From positions 434,001-498,000 of the forward strand of contig JBODTK010000122.1 of assembly GCA_050613775.1 (NCBI GenBank): a stretch of 64,000 nucleotides of DNA, in the 5' to 3' direction. This DNA is from Neocallimastix sp. 'constans'. Lineage: Eukaryota. The notes below the pieces were generated by a model, which was not told the DNA's origin, did no database searches, and worked only from the letters and a program-made list of their open reading frames with translations. Of this stretch, positions 61,814 to 64,000 are shown in pieces. The stretch's first letter is position 1. Every line of letters starts with the position of its first letter. The position numbers and the translations under genes are program-made.

Positions 61814-62679
61814 TGAATTTAGTCGTTAAAAAAAAAAGGACTACAAAAACCAATAATCAATAGACACTTGACAAACGACCTGACATCTTGGAGCTAAGAC
61901 AAGCTAAGACAAACATTTTAATACAAAACATTTCACAAACCCGAGAGAACATTAAAGATTCATTAAGATCCTTTAAAAACGTTCTATCTTATGGCTATTA
62001 ACTCTAATTCGTCAATATTATTAACACCAAATTCCTTCTTTAAAACGAATAAAATCACGTCTTGCATCTACCCGCATATGGCAACTCCACAGAAAGATAT
62101 CGATCATCGCTTTTTATTTCTTGATTATTTTGTATTTTTAATGTCAGACTTATCCCTACAATTTTTTATCAAATATTCTAAGTATTCCATGGTTTCTAAA
62201 ATTTCCTCCAATTTTTCGATCAATTTTACGGCATCGAACAGAGTAAGTTCCTTTATTGCATCTTCTGCTTGTTATTTAAATGACTGACTTTCCGTAAGGA
62301 AAATCACTATACAAAATTAATACATGAGGAATAAAAATTGTTTTTTCATATAGCATCATACAGTCGATAAAATTTTTATTATAACGTATTTCCATAGTTA
62401 ACAAATATATATATATATATATCTGTAAAAAAAAAAATAAAAAAAATATAATAAGAAAAAAAAAGAATAAAATAAAATAATAAATAAAATTAAATTTCAT
62501 ATATCTGTAATATAAAAAAAAAATTAAATAAAATTTAATTGTGTAGATATTTATTTTAATATATAAATAATATATTTCACATTTATTATAAATTTATATA
62601 ATTAAAGTATATTTACTATAAATTTTCAAAAAATATATATATACAATAATATATATATTAACAATAAATTTAGTATCAA

Positions 62680-63015
62680 ATCTTCACGATTTTTCCCTCT
62701 GGGTTTTGCGTGAAAGGTTAGGGGTTAAACGATACTCAGATAAGTATGTTTTCTATATTTCTTACACTTTAAGAATCCTATTGTGTAAGCCTTGTCTGAG
62801 AGGATTACAGTTTCCAGCTCCTCTGGGATGGTAAGAACGCCACCTATAATGGGCTCTGCTTTCCCTTGAGGATCGCGTAGGGGGCTTCTATATGGAGTTT
62901 CTTTGTTTATGTGGAGTTGAGAGCACCGACGCTGTACTGGTATGGCAGTTAATCATACACCCATATTAATATATGGGGGAGACAAAAGTCTTCAGTCTAT
63001 AAAAAAAAAAAAAAA
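62680..63015 (+). mobile_element. 5'-truncated non-LTR retroelement 3' end with poly(A) tail
   Basis: GC-enriched ~320-bp island ending GGGGAGA...CAGTCTAT followed by an A-run at 63001-63015; contains the motif shared with the LINE end at 44675-44702. Confidence 0.6.
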
Positions 63016-63841
63016 ACTAAAGCAATAAATTTAATATCTCAATATATGTTTATTTTATACTTTATTTATTTGAAGTAGAAGGCTTTTTTTTTTAAGAATA
63101 CATAATACATAAAAAATATTTAATTTTGAAATTTCATAATACTATGCTATATTTAACATTATTTTTTTTAAAGAGATAGATATGTATATATTAATTTATA
63201 ATTTAATTATATTAATGTCTTAATTATAAACTGATAGAATAATGAAGAAAAATGAATTAGTAAATAATTAATAGTAATAATTTTATTGATGAATTAATAA
63301 GTTTAACATCATTATTTATTTATTTATTTATTATTTATTTATTTATTTATTATTTATTTATTTATTATTTATTTATTTATTATTTATTTTTTAATATTAT
63401 TATTTTAATTAACGTTAAAAATTTTAAACAGTTCCACTACTCATTTCTACAATAATTTAAGTTTAATATAGTTTTAATTATAAAAATGTTTTTATAAAGT
63501 TAATAAATTAATAAATAATTGAAAAACAATATATATATATTTTTTTTGTTTAAAAAATAAATCAAAATAATTATTTTATATAATAATATTAATTGTATGA
63601 TTAAATTATTTATGTAATTTATATTATTTATTGCATCTTTTTTTTTTTTTTTTGTTTTTTTTTGTTTTTATGAATACTAAATATAATGACTCTTATTATA
63701 TGATATATCTTAAAAGTAATAATTTTTTTATATTTTTTTTTTAACTTTATATATTAATCTTTTTTATGAAAGGATAAATAAAAATTTTTTTGAGAATTTT
63801 TATTTTATATAGAAATATGCATTTAATATATTATAATTAAT

Positions 63842-63844
<3 letters not shown>

Positions 63845-63887
<43 letters not shown>

Positions 63888-64000
63888 GACTGTAGCAGGA
63901 TTTCTCCCCAGCTGCACATCTGTAGACACCAATGGTTTATTATTGGAGCCCTTATCTAACTTCCTACTAAGTTGGTGGTGTTGTCCCTGGTGGACTGCCT
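63845..64000 (-). mobile_element. Non-LTR retroelement 3' end with poly(A) tail (continues beyond window)
   Basis: About 40 T on the + strand abut a GC-enriched block; minus strand reads AGGCAG...GGGGAGAAATCCTGCTACAGTCGTT-An, paralleling the 62680-63015 terminus. Confidence 0.55.

Noticed and set aside
62200..62270. AIKELTLFDAVKLIEKLEE resembling the ribosomal protein L7/L12 N-terminus
   Set aside because: Similarity is limited to one amphipathic helix; no hinge or C-terminal domain follows.
62716..62729. GGTTAGGGGTTAA resembling a telomere repeat or telomerase template
   Set aside because: Under two units, inside a poly(A)-tailed retroelement-like fragment, with no other telomerase RNA features.
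62735..62998. Possible RNase P/MRP or group I/II intron RNA (nested stems CTCAGATAAG/CTTGTCTGAG and CTTACAC/GTGTAAG)
   Set aside because: Conserved CR-I/CR-V and catalytic motifs were not found in the correct arrangement; better explained as a retroelement 3' end.

Overview
Extremely AT-rich, intron-rich eukaryotic DNA with long homopolymer and microsatellite tracts. Composition and gene content suggest an anaerobic gut fungus (Neocallimastigomycota); this is an inference. Left to right: two tandem, intact, diverged paralogues of a four-domain voltage-gated Ca2+-channel alpha-1 subunit, both with an EEEE filter and a C-terminal IQ-like motif (3251-12502, 17912-25869); a 12-exon PP2A B''gamma (PPP2R3C-like) gene missed by the ORF track and containing a 4-nt micro-exon; RAD18; an intron-containing TRM7/FTSJ1 pseudogene; an ATP-dependent DGK-epsilon-like diacylglycerol kinase; decayed non-LTR retroelement pieces; glycogen debranching enzyme (GDB1/AGL); a Ty1/copia remnant joined to a bacterial-type AAA-ATPase-like pseudogene; and further poly(A)-tailed retroelement 3' ends. 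The best candidates for new biology are the Cav pair (shared degenerate voltage sensor I, paralogue-specific charge loss in sensor III, His replacing Thr in the DIII pore, IQ far from the EF-hand, different repeat-built loops) and a 28-nt covarying hairpin motif shared by divergent retroelement 3' ends. All calls come from manual reading and splicing; no database search was run.
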